From Chrysomallon squamiferum (taxonomy: Eukaryota > Animalia > Mollusca): 64,000 bases of DNA. The notes under the pieces were generated by a model. The model made no database searches. It was not told the DNA's origin and was given only the letters and a program-made list of their open reading frames with translations. The position numbers were made by a program, and so were the translations under genes. This document shows positions 13,967-27,198 of the stretch, in pieces. The stretch is from contig CM022665.1 of the NCBI GenBank assembly GCA_012295275.1, positions 15,438,001-15,502,000 on the forward strand, read 5' to 3'. Within the stretch, counting starts at the first letter, position 1. Every line of letters starts with the position of its first letter.

Positions 13967-14963
13967 ATATGTGTGTGTGTGTGTGTGTTTATGTGTGTAT
14001 ATATAAAATTTATATTAAATGCAGAAAGTATAAGTACGTCTTTATGACTAGGACAGAAAATATAAATTTTAAAAGAAGTATAGAATATCAGAAAAGCGAA
14101 TACAAAGGGAAGAAACATTCATAGCTAACCGCTGTACATATCAGTTTTCTCTTTCATACAAAAGTCCTTTCATACCCACATAATAAATTTAGAAACTTGA
14201 CTTAAAAAAAATATTTAAAAAAAGGACCGTGAAAACGAATATAAGAATGAACTTTGTTTTCCTTTTGATTAAAATGGATCAGAAATTAATTCGGAACGTT
14301 GACGATAAAAACGCAAACAGTGTTTCCATTTTATCGAGGGGATTTATTTCTAAATGTCTTCTCCTGCCCACTTGCTGTTCGGCTTGTGAAAGAACTCAAA
14401 TGAAAGAGTCAAAGTAAGGAACACGCAAGAGCTGCTAGCCCCGCATGACTCCTGTGTGCAAGACGAGCCTGCCCTGGCGGCTCACTCAAAGATTCAAATA
14501 ACTGGCTGGTAATTTCATGAAGTGCGGGTTATGTTCGAGCTATTACAAAGAACGCGACCGAACACTGTGAAATAATTGGGTAGTTTGTAAAAAGAAATTT
14601 GTTTTCAGAAGTAACTCTTGAATTAGCCCTACAAAGAGTTTAGGTAGCTTTATTCCTTGGCAAAATATTAATTGTGAGAATTTGAGAATCGTCTCCGCCT
14701 TATAAATTATTTAAATAATGAACGCTCTTTATCGACCTCGCCGGCGGCAATTTTTATTTTTATTTTTATTTTTTTTTTTTTATTATTATTTTTATTTTTA
14801 TTTTTATTTTTATTTTTATTTTTCATATCATGCAGTTTAAAATCTATAAGCTTGGGGAAGATATATTCACACCCCGTGAGGTTAGAATTCATCGAAAACA
14901 TTTAATAAATTAATTATTATTAAAAAAAACAACAACTAAACGCCATAATAATAATAAAAAAAG

Positions 14964-16684
14964 CATAACTACCATTACTACCATTACTACCACTATATTA
15001 CTACCACTATATTACTACTACTACATTACTACTACTACATTACTACTACCATTACTACCACTACATTACTACTACCATTACATTACCACTACCATTACTA
15101 CCACTATATTACTACTACTATTATATTACTACTTTACTACCACCATTACTACATTACTACCACTACATTACTACTACTACATTACTACCACTACATTACT
15201 ACCACTATTACATTACTACCACTACATTACTACCACTACATTACTACCACTACATTACTACCACTACATTACTACCACTACATTACTACCACTACATTAC
15301 TACCACTACATTACTACTACTACATTACTACCACCACTATATTATTACTACACTATATTACTACTACCACCATTTACTACCATTACATTACCACTACATT
15401 ACTACCACTACATTACTACCACTTATATTACTACCACTACCATTACCACCATTACATTACTACCACTACATTACTACTACTACATTACTACCACTATATT
15501 ACTACCACTATATTACTACTACTACATTACTACCACTACATTACTACTACTACATTACTACCACTATATTACTACTACTACATTACTACCACTACATTAC
15601 TACTACTACATTACTACCACTATATTACTACCACTACATTACTACTACTACATTACTACCACTATATTACTACTACCATTACTACCACTACATTATTACC
15701 ACCATTACATTACTAATTACTACCACAATTACTACCATTATATTACTACCACCATTACTACCACTACATTATTACTACTACATTATTATTACTTACCACT
15801 ACCATTACTACCACTATATTACTTTACTACCATTACTACCACTACTTTTACTACTACCATTACATTACCACCACTATTTACTACTACCACCATTACTACC
15901 ACTACACATTTACATTACCACCACATTACCACTACCACTACATTACTACTACCATTACATTACCACTACATTACTACCACCACTACACATTATTTCACCA
16001 CATTACCACTACCATTACTACCACTACATTACTACCACCATTTTACTACCACCATTACTACCACATTTATTACTACCATTACTACCACTACTTTACTACT
16101 ACCACTACATTACTACTACCATTACTACCACTACATTACTACTACCATTACTACCACTACATTACTACTACCATTACTACCACTACATTACTACTACCAT
16201 TACTACCACCACATTACCACTACTATTACTACCACTACATTACTACTACCATTACTACCACTACATTACTACTACCATTACATTACCACTACCATTACTA
16301 CCACTATATTACTACTACCATTACTACCACTACTTTACTACTACTACTACTACTATCACTATATTACTACAACCATTACTACCACTATATTACTACTACT
16401 ATTATTACCACTATATTACTACTATTACTACCACAAAATTACTACCATTACTACCACTACATTACTACTTTCTTTACTACCACTACTTTACATTACTATT
16501 ACTATCACTTATTACCACTACTTTATCACTACTATTACTATCACTATATTACTACTACTATTACTACCACTACATTACTACTATTACTACCACTATATTA
16601 CTACAACTATTACTACCACTACATTACTACTACTATTACTACAATACTACTACTAAACTACTATTACTACCTACAAATAATACT
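14964..16684. repeat. TAC/CAC/CAT-derived complex satellite (main units TACTACCACTACAT 14 bp; 12+14-bp composite in distal part)
   Basis: About 1.7 kb of tandem variants of CATTACTACCACTA. No G seen on the + strand between 14963 and 16685. Confidence 0.95.
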
Positions 16685-16927
16685 GATACTGCTATTACAA
16701 CTATCACCATTATTACTAACACTACTATAATTGCTACTAGTAAAAATTACTGCTGCTTCTACTATCATAGCTCCTATTATTATTATTATTATTATTAGTT
16801 TCTGTCTTACTAATAGCTGCAGTAGGTCAAATAGTAACACCAGTAGCAGAAGCGGAATAATAATAATTAATATTTAAAACGAAACCTTAGGTAATATTAA
16901 TATATATTAAACCATGTTATGATAGCA

Positions 16928-17053
<126 letters not shown>

Positions 17054-17324
17054 ATTAATCATTTCTTTAATACCGAAACAATTAATACATTTTTAAAAGT
17101 TATTCACCAATAACAAGATATCTTTCTTCTCATTGCATTTTCGTAAATTATTGCCATTAAATCTAGCCACGCGTATCCTCTGCACATACCATTGAATAAA
17201 AAAAATAATAATAAAAATAAAAATAAACATAATAAAAAAAATAAATAGATAAAAAAAAAAAAAAAAAACACCCTAATATTTATGTAAATTATTGTTCTTG
17301 AGCAAACACTTAAACTGTCGACCG

Positions 17325-17361
<37 letters not shown>

Positions 17362-18255
17362 CTCCCGTTTTTCGGATCTTTTCGGATTTCAATATGGTCG
17401 ATTGTTACCGCCACTTGGACGTCTTAAGTGCATAACAATAAACAATTTTTTAAAAACAGTATGGCGACTAATAATAAACTTTTATCCCAAACGGTTTTGT
17501 TACGTTTTTACTAACACCACATACCTCGACACCCTATCCCGAAAACAAACAACTCGAACGTCTTCAAACACACGAACTTGCCGTTCTTAAAACACTTACG
17601 GAATTTTATAGTCCGATGAAATTACCGATCGCTGTCGGATTTGCGATTTAAACGATGTAATTTCAACACAAAGCGGCGCCCGCTGTTTTGAGAAAATATA
17701 TCAGAATATATTTCACTTACATATATAAAAGGCTTTGCAGAATGTTGATATTACATTTTTGTTTCGCAGTTACGTTAGCTACACAACACTAAAATAGGTT
17801 TTATTTAGCATGGCGGCGCCGAATAAGTAATTTTTAGCAATTAATGAAGAAGTTTAAAAAGAAAAATGACTTGTTTTATGTCGCTGTGTCACGTCCTCTG
17901 TCCTTAGCAGCGTGGTGGCCCACGGAGTTACTTATTCCAAGTTTGCTCACAGTACGCTCATCAGATGACGACGTTTCCATACGTCAGACCTGTGGGAAGG
18001 GTATGATGTAGTTCCACCTCGCAGACACCCGCTGAGTTATTGTATAAATCTTACATTTAACCCCGTTTGTAAGAAACATAATCGTGTTAATGTTTTTGTT
18101 AACAGTTTCCGTGTTTTACTTATTTTATCAAATGACTTGTTATTAACGGAGTTCAAAGAATCGCGTGTACAAAAATGTCTTCTCACTGTTACCATATGCG
18201 GAGAGCCAAGCGGGGCGTACCTATCCTTTTCTCTACACTAACATACACACGGAGA

Positions 18256-18288
<33 letters not shown>

Positions 18289-18484
18289 GGGTTGTCTTAT
18301 GACCTTTTGTTATGTACTGTGACGATTATAATTATATCATAGATGAGCTAGTTAAAAAAAGAAAGAAAAAGAAAGAAATAGCAACAAAAATATAAAAAAA
18401 ACAAAAAACAAACACATCCAGAGAAATAAACCTCTTCTGAATAAAGCTGATGATCCAAATTACATGTAACCTAACAGAATGATT

Positions 18485-18609
18485 GTATGTATGTATGTAT
18501 GTATGTATGTATGTATGTATGTATGTATGTATGTATGTATGTATGTATGTATGTATGTATGTATGTATGTATGTATGTATGTATGTACGTACGTATGTAT
18601 GTATGTATG
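18485..18609. repeat. (TATG)n microsatellite
   Basis: Direct reading. Confidence 0.97.
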
Positions 18610-20715
18610 TTGATACCTACGTACGTATATTACATATGAGCATTTCAGAGATTATTTAGTAAAGGTGGAAAAAACAGAAAACCAAGTCTTCTAAAAGTCT
18701 TACATCCACTGAAGGACAAGTATTTAACTAAAGCGCGCAGTGAATAAAAAGTAAATTCCATGAATAGAAATACGCTTCAGACGTTTGTTTTATTAACTGA
18801 TAAGTTACAAACGGTTGCCGCATTTTGTCAAGAAGAAAGGTTATGGCGTTTTTATTATTGGAACAAACATAATGATACAAAAATTGAAAATCTTATAGTT
18901 TCATGGCCAAATCAAGTCTTGTGACATCGGAAGACAAGGCTGAGTGACATCCGATAGTAAGTCAAGCGTAAAACGTTTCACAATGATACACTATGCAGAG
19001 CGATAAAAAAAAAATATATATATATATATATATTCTAATTCTTGTATATATGAATACAAAATCTTATTTGACTTTCTAATTTGTAACCACGTTCTCTCAC
19101 CCATGACTATGTCGATATACGCCGATAAACATAAATAATTCAGTTTTTACAACTAAACAACAAGAAAATATTTTAAATTTTTTAGATTTTATTTTCGTTA
19201 TGTCTGTATCATTTTATTAATGCTGAAGTACAAATGTGGTAGATTTGAAAATAAGCAGCAAAGCGTTTCGTTTATTCATTATTGTTATTGTTATTATTGT
19301 TATTATTGTTATTATTATTATTATTATTATTATAGTTGTCTTTGTTGCTTCTATTGTTATTATTATTACTACTACTGTTATAATACTGTTATTATTATTA
19401 TTAGTAGTAGTAGTAGTAGTAGTGGTAGTGGTAGTAGTGATGGTGGAGGCATTATAGTAGGATAAGAAGCAACAGCAGCAACATTAATGGTGGTTTTCAT
19501 ATACATATATAATGCGTAACAGTAATAAAACCTTTTAAAAACAGCAACATTCACATTCATCATAATACACCAGATACCTATATATCTTACTATTTACTCT
19601 GACCACACAAACACAGCATGTATGTCATCTATACTTAATAAACAAAAACAAGTGCGGTTTGTTTTTTCTTCCCCCTAATGACCCAACCCATAACACCCAG
19701 AACGAAAAACAAAACATCAACATCTTCCGTCAACGAAATCCCTTCATGAATAGCCCGACAACGTAATTACTTTCTTACATGAACTGCCTGACAAAGATCA
19801 GACAGGGTCGTCGCCCATGTTGTTGTCTGTGTCGTCTGTATCGGTGATGAAACCCCGTGTCCTCCGTCACTCACCTGACAGAAGGTAAATTCCTCCCATT
19901 TACCTCTGCTAATTACAAGACAAAGTAGGTGAGAAGAGAAAGTATATACTGTGTACCTTATGTGATAGTGACAAAACAGACGAAAAGTCAGCCGAGTGTT
20001 TGCTTGTACAGTTATCAGAATACTGGTCATGACAAATATATAAGTATGATGGTCATGATTTTACTGATTTAAATCTGTTTGCTGGGTCATGGTTTTAGCT
20101 ACTTAAATGTTTTTATTTACTGGTCAGATTACCAAGACTGGGGATAAATAAATATATTTGTCTCAAATGATAGGAAGTCCATGATTTGAATTAAATTTTC
20201 AAAACAGCGGTAAATACCATAATCTATTTCAAACGATCGCAAAAGACAATCATTTGAATTAAATTCTCAGAAGAGAGATAAAGATTATTATAAAGACTAA
20301 CATTTACCTACTTGTTGGTCAAGATCGTGTGGTCAAGCAGCTTGTCTCGTTTGTTTGTTCGGTCAAGTGTATGTGACGCCTTGCAGTCCTTTTGCAAGAA
20401 CAGTGTCAACAAGTTATGAACATTGTAGAAAGCTGAGAGCGAGGTCCGGGCTTATGGTTCAGTGACAACGCTCACTTTTCTGTACGTTTCGGTATCTTGA
20501 TATATTTAATTTTCTTATTATTTCAGTCAGTGCTAAATGGTTTACAAAAGATTATGGTAAACATATATGCAAGGGTTTGTGTAAACGTGTATTTGAAATC
20601 AAAGTTTTTGTCAAACAGGACAATATTGAATGGTTGAAGTCAGGAATGGATATATATATATGGATATATCTGTATTTGTATGTGTATGCATTTGTGTGTC
20701 TGTGTATGTGTGTTT

Positions 20716-20930
20716 ATATTTAGGAAAGAATATTTTGTTGTCTTAAGTGCGTCTGATTAGACTCTGCTCTGCGCATGACAATATTCGGGAACGCACTGGC
20801 ACAGGAGGACAAAGTCCAATCATGACCTCACAAACTCGTCAGATGTCGCTGACAAGACTCGAACGTGTGGCACCCGCAAACGGACGACGATGTCACTCGG
20901 CCATCAAGACAGCCAATGTTTGGCTGTATG
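20716..20930 (-). mobile_element. tRNA-derived SINE, copy 2
   Basis: Minus strand: GTCTTGATGGCCGAGTGA (A box 20893-20903) ... CGTTCGAGTCT (B box 20855-20865), then a body and a CA/TACA-rich tail. Shares blocks with copy 1 (plus-strand GACTCTGC, GACAATATTC, GACCTCA, AGACTCGAACGT, GGCCATCAAGACAG). Confidence 0.7.
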
Positions 20931-20964
20931 AGCGTCAAACCATCCAACGACAACAACAGTACAC

Positions 20965-21740
20965 CGTTTTAAAATGACCCAGTAAAATGGCTAAACCTTT
21001 CACTGACACACGTGAATCAACTGTTACCACTGACACACGTGAATCAACTGTTACCACTGACACACGTGAATCAAACGTTTCCACTGACACACGTGAATCA
21101 AATGATTCCACTGACACGTTTTAAAATGACACCAGTAAAATGGCTAAACCTTTCACTGACACACGTGAATCAACTGTTACCACTGACACACGTGAATCAA
21201 ACGTTTCCACTGACACACGTGTATCAAATGATTCCACTGACACGCGTGTATCAAATGATTCCACTGACACGTGAGTAAAATGTTACCACTGACACACGTG
21301 AATCAACTGTTACCACTGACACACGTGAATCAACTGTTACCACTGACACACGTGAATCAACTGTTACCACTGACACACGTGAATCAAACGTTTCCACTGA
21401 CACGCGTGTATCAAATGATTCCACTGACACGTGAGTAAAATGTTACCACTGACACACGTGAATCAACTGTTACCACTGACACACGTGAATCAACTGTTAC
21501 CACTGACACACGTGAATCAAACGTTTCCACTGACACGCGTGTATCAAATGATTCCACTGACACGTGAGTAAAATGTTACCACTGACACACGTGAATCAAA
21601 TGTTTCCACTGAGACATGAGTCAAACGTTTCTACTGACACACGAGAGTAAAATGTTACCACTGACACACGTGAATCAACTGATTCCTCTGACACACGTGA
21701 GTCAAATGTTTCTATTGACACATACGAGTCAAATGTTTCC
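20965..21740. repeat. 25-27-bp minisatellite, ~26 units, with higher-order structure
   Basis: Core unit CCACTGACACACGTGAATCAACTGTTA. Variants recur in the order A(1-3)-B-C-D. A 36-bp leader occurs twice (20965-21000, 21118-21153). Confidence 0.95.
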
Positions 21741-22623
21741 ATAGACCACAATACTGTGTTAACACTGTCTTCAGTGTTGCTTTCTTTTGTTATTAGTGGT
21801 TTTCGCTGGGCTGTGTAATGGTCAGTATTTACTCATTAGCAGTCGTCAAAACCATGTGTGATTCCGAATAACACGCCTAGGCGCGATGTCACATACTGTT
21901 GTCCGAACACTCGGTCCGGTCTGGTCCTGGTAATCACAACTTAAATGGTTGTCATCTGGATAAAGTCATAACCGGGTCAAAGGTTCAAATGAATTTATGT
22001 TTTCGCTCTTTATTATATTTTTTATTCTGTTTATTTGTTTTCAGTTGGGTTTTCCCTTTTTTCTTTTTTCTTTTTTACCTTGTTTCTTTCTGTCGTTATT
22101 TTCTTTCAATATTTTAAAATTTATTTCCATTTATTAACTGAAATTATATATTGTATTTAAGAGTGTTATTATTATTTTAACGTAATAATCTGTTTTCTAT
22201 TGTTGTTTTCTTTCTTTCAGTATTTTATTATTTCTTTTTAATTAATTTATTTATTTGCTTTGTATGTGATTTTGAAGGTTTATTTTTAACATAATCTCTT
22301 AAAGACTATAAATTGCAAACAAACAAACAAACCAAACAAATAAGAAAAAAATCCCCTCTATTTTACATTTATTTAAATTGTTATTTACTACCATTTACAT
22401 ATCTCTTCACACGAGACTGTTTTAATAATTACTACATTACCTTTAATGTAGTGTTGAATCTAGTGCAATACCATTGTTTGCATTACCTACTGAAACGTGA
22501 CCAGGTTTTTACACTTACATTATTAAAGTCAGGGAAGGTTTGAATCAATTATCTACACCATTTGAAATTAGGTCCAGGAATCATGTTTTTTTTTCTTTTC
22601 TTCTTTTTCTTCTTCATTATTAA

Positions 22624-22663
<40 letters not shown>

Positions 22664-23013
22664 TATTTATTTTTGTTCTTTTATTATTATTATTATTTTT
22701 TTTAAAATAATAATGAGATCATTACAAACAGTTTTGAAACGAATATCTATATAACATTATTATTATTATTATTATTATTATTTGTCTTCCAGTTGCTTCA
22801 TTTGAATAAAGGTTGTTGGTTCAGTGACATTCGTTGTATATTATAAAGTTTATCTTCCTCTTTATCTTTCGTGTCTATCAGCATATAAGTATGTTTGTAA
22901 GATGTGTATAAGTACGTATATATCTATGTGTGTATGTACGTATGTATGTATGTATCTATGTACGTATATATGTGTGTATATATGCATACAGAAACACAGC
23001 GAGAGACATACCT

Positions 23014-23086
<73 letters not shown>

Positions 23087-23542
23087 ATATTAAATTCGTC
23101 TGGTTAAAATATTTTATCTGTTACATCTATACCAGTGTTTTTGTTTCATCATCGACTGGTTGTGTGTCTGGGGATACACTAGAGTCTGCGGACAGATTAC
23201 GTTATTTACTCCGTTCTGCAAAAGCTAATGTCTTCCTATTTAAACAAGAGACCCTGTTTACAGGCAGACGATATAAAATGTGCACGATAGGGGAATTCTC
23301 GTGCGCTGCACGTGATGAAAAAACGGAGAAAGACAGGGCCCGTCAATATTTTATCATCTTTGTAATTACCACTAGACTTCGCGGAGCGATTGTTAAGTAC
23401 ACAGTTACTCTTTATGACGTAATGTCTAGAGGTCAGACGACAAATACCTGTTACTGGTTTGTTTTGGTGACGCTGACTTCACACACATGCGCAGTGTCTT
23501 TCCAGATTCTTGATTTATTTCTCTCGTATGAATAAAGATTAC

Positions 23543-23630
<88 letters not shown>

Positions 23631-24022
23631 ATATCTCTATCTGTCTGTCTACCTACCTACCTTCCTATTTGCCTATCTATTCGTTTAATTAGTTATTTGC
23701 TTGCATATTTATTTACTTATTCCAGATTATGAAAGAATGATAAAAGAAATATTTAATTAGGAACTATACACGATTATGTCTGAGATATTAATTTTTAAAC
23801 TATAAGCTACTGACAACAATGAATCCTAAATCACAAGTTTTACAATTTTGTTACAATATGTAGGAAATCATTACATCTGATTTCTGCTACAGAAAGCAAA
23901 GAATTATTATTATTATTAGTATTAGTATTAGTATTATTATTATTATTTAGTGCTACGACTACTACTACTAAAAATGCTGCTGCTGCTATTACTACTTCTA
24001 CTACTGCTACCACTACTACTAC

Positions 24023-24055
<33 letters not shown>

Positions 24056-24712
24056 GATTGCTATGATTATTACTTTAAAATGTTAATTCAATTATTGCTT
24101 AACTTTCTGAAAAAAATATTTATATTTTAAAATAAATATGAAAAGGAACGAAAATTTAGCGCGGTCTGTTTCATAATTACACACACGCCGAATCTCAAAG
24201 CGTACCGCTAGCAATAAGATCACCATACATACGTCATAACCTTAGAAACTGCTCGCAACATTTTACATTAATAGTCGTGATTACGTGAATGTTATAAATA
24301 GACTCAGACTGCAATAAATAATATTACCATCCTAGCTGTCGTCTTTGAAAATCCGTGCATTTGTTCTCCTTAAAGAGAGTCTTAATTCAAACGAGTAACT
24401 GTCGAAAATGCGACAGATACTTCTTGCAGAATTTAAGTTTCCTTCGACAAGTTATTGCCCCACTTCTGGGCTTTAAGCAAATGGATTTATTGTCGTTTTT
24501 AAACCTCCGTCTGAAAAGAGGCCCATTAAGTGGAGAACCCTGACTAAACACCCTGTTTGCCGTTTCATCTTGAATAATTAGAACAGACGAGATTTTGATC
24601 AAAGAAGAGTCTGAGCTCATTATCTGAATGAAATATTCACTGTTTGTTGTTTTTAATTACTTGGGATGTTAGTTATTAGTCAGTGTGGATTGTTTCAAAT
24701 AGAATGAGACGA

Positions 24713-24749
<37 letters not shown>

Positions 24750-26683
24750 TCATCACTATCGTTAGATCTTCTTTTGCTTAAATTTTGTTCGCCTTCATTA
24801 TTATTATCGTTTGCCTTTGAGTACATATGTCTGTCTGTCTGTATATATGTATGTATGTACGTACGTATGCATGTATGTTTGTATGTATGTATGTATATAA
24901 TTATTATGTATGTGTGGATTATGTGTGTATATGTATATGTGTTTACATGTATGTCTGTGGATGTATATATGTATGTATGTATATATATAATTATTTTGTA
25001 TGTGTATGTGTGTATGTATGTGCATCTATGTATTTATAAGTATGTCGTGTCTGTCTGTATCTTTATATGTATGCATGCATGTATATATTATATGTATTTT
25101 CGTTTTTCTTCTATTTATTTGTGTCTTTCTATACATATACGAACTTTCAATCATTCATCTGTTTATCCGTACGATCATTCATCTATCTGTCTATCTACCT
25201 ATAAAACAATGTAGGCTATTTAGTATTTCGATGAACAAGAAATCCAAGCATATAATGAACACCTGTTCGCATCATTACCTTTGATGTCGCCGCAGATCTA
25301 CAGGTAAGTCACATGTCGTCTGTTTGACATCTGTGTTTTATGTTCGACAGAGAGCCGAGCTCTTTGGACATGTTCCGACGTCAACTCCCAATATTTCTTT
25401 CATATTAGGTAACTTTATAGCCAAACGTAGCAGTTACGGAACGTTCAGGATTTATCTAGTACTCAGCACTGTAAATGAATGCTAAGAAATATTTTGTAGC
25501 AAAGTGGATTACTGACTCGGCATTTATTAGAAGGGTGAATTATCAGACGCGTGTAATGTTGCTAAATAACAGTATGGTGGTTAGCTAATATTTATTAACA
25601 GGTTTTAGGTTACTTTGTATTACATTTGTGAAAAATTATGATGATCCCGTTTCCACGATTCTTTAATTATTATTATTATTATTATTACTATTATTATTAC
25701 TAGTATTATTATTATTATCGTTGTTGTTGTTGTTTTGTTTTTTTGTTTATTACTTTGTTTATTTGTATTTCTGTAATCACTGACAAAAAAAAAAAAAAAA
25801 AAAAAATACAAAAAATAAATAAAAATTTAAACAGACAGTTTGTTTTAAAAGTAACAACTAAAAAAAAAAAAAAAAAAGTAAAGAAAACATTTTGTTTATA
25901 AATAATATATTTCTAATATAACTACAGAAGACATAATTCTGAAAATACCCCACAAAAAAACCCAACAGGTGTCCGATTTACGATTAATGCAGTTTTCAAA
26001 TAAATAAATAAATAAATGAAAAATAAAAGATTAGAAAAACAGTGAGAGAAAAAAAAAAAAAAAAAAAAAAACGAGAGAAAAAAGAAAAACAGAGCAGACA
26101 GGACGGAAAAGAAAGAAAGTAGAAATACAGTTAGAAAGAAAAAAAGAAAAAGAAAACAACAGAAATTGAAGAACATTAAACAAAAACACTGCATAAAGGT
26201 CGGAAAAGAAAGAATACTGACAAGTAAAGAGACAGAGATAGAAAGAAAGAAAGAAAGAAAGAAAGACAAAATCAAAGAACAAGGAAAAAGAACAACAAAA
26301 AAAACAGTGCATAAAGGAACGGCAAAGAAGGAATACAGAAAAGTAAAGCAAAGAAAGAAAGAAAAAGAAAAGAGAAAAGAACAAGAAAAAAAGTTATAAA
26401 AGGTGTCGCCACTCAATTAACCCTTACCACGCCAGGTACAGCTGCTCAAAGCTGGAGAGTAATTAAATAGAACATTCACATAAGTGTTTGTTATATATTT
26501 CAGTATTCAATTACAAAGTAATTACATTTCTGAAATATACACCCAGCTGTATGTTTTCTTTAGCACACGTTTGCTTATGCAATATCTCTGTATAACAATG
26601 CCGTACATAATATACAGTATACAATAACAAACAGGTAGTTTTCAATTTCATTGTGATGTTTATAGTAAAAAAAAAGATTCTAT

Positions 26684-26714
<31 letters not shown>

Positions 26715-27165
26715 TTATAAATGTTTAAAAGATTTTGAAAACAAATTTTTATTTTTTTATTATTATTAGTAGTAGAATTTTTGTTATTATTCGCTTCAGT
26801 GCAAAACAAACTATTTCATATATGTGGCCTAATCTCTTGATATATTTTTATTACTATAGCAAATACATCATAACTGAAGTTTGGAATTAGTGTCAGAATT
26901 GCCTGTGTCATAACTCCAGCTGAATTTGTAACTGAATATTTGTCTAACGCTTTTTGCAGACTGCTTATACCCTGTAATAAAGGTTTCTCAGTGTTAATTA
27001 TAATTTTACATCATAATATTTGTTGAAAGAAAACAACGTGTAAATGATGTTTCAAAACGTTCTGTTCTTAATGGCTAATAAGATGTGATAGTTTAAAACA
27101 GCAGGAAAACACATACCACAACATTTTGCCAATCAGTGCTAATGGGATGAAGTAATAATAATAAC

Positions 27166-27198
<33 letters not shown>

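Noticed and set aside
14969-16650. Long nearly stop-free + strand frames (Thr/Tyr/His/Leu-rich, mucin-like)
   Set aside because: Lack of stops follows from the absence of G (only TAA is possible; one seen at 15714). There is no ATG or AG acceptor inside, and the 14-bp unit is not a multiple of 3.
19770-19890. Protein-like frame LHELPDKDQTGSSPMLLSV...SPDR followed by AG|GTAAAT
   Set aside because: No convincing acceptor or start and no recognisable homology.
20965-21740. CRISPR-like array of ~27-bp repeats
   Set aside because: Units are directly adjacent with no unique spacers, the variable parts recur in a fixed order, there are no cas genes, and the context is eukaryotic.
22714-22736. bantam-like miRNA start TGAGATCATT
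   Set aside because: Match limited to ~10 nt in low-complexity AT sequence, with no hairpin partner arm.
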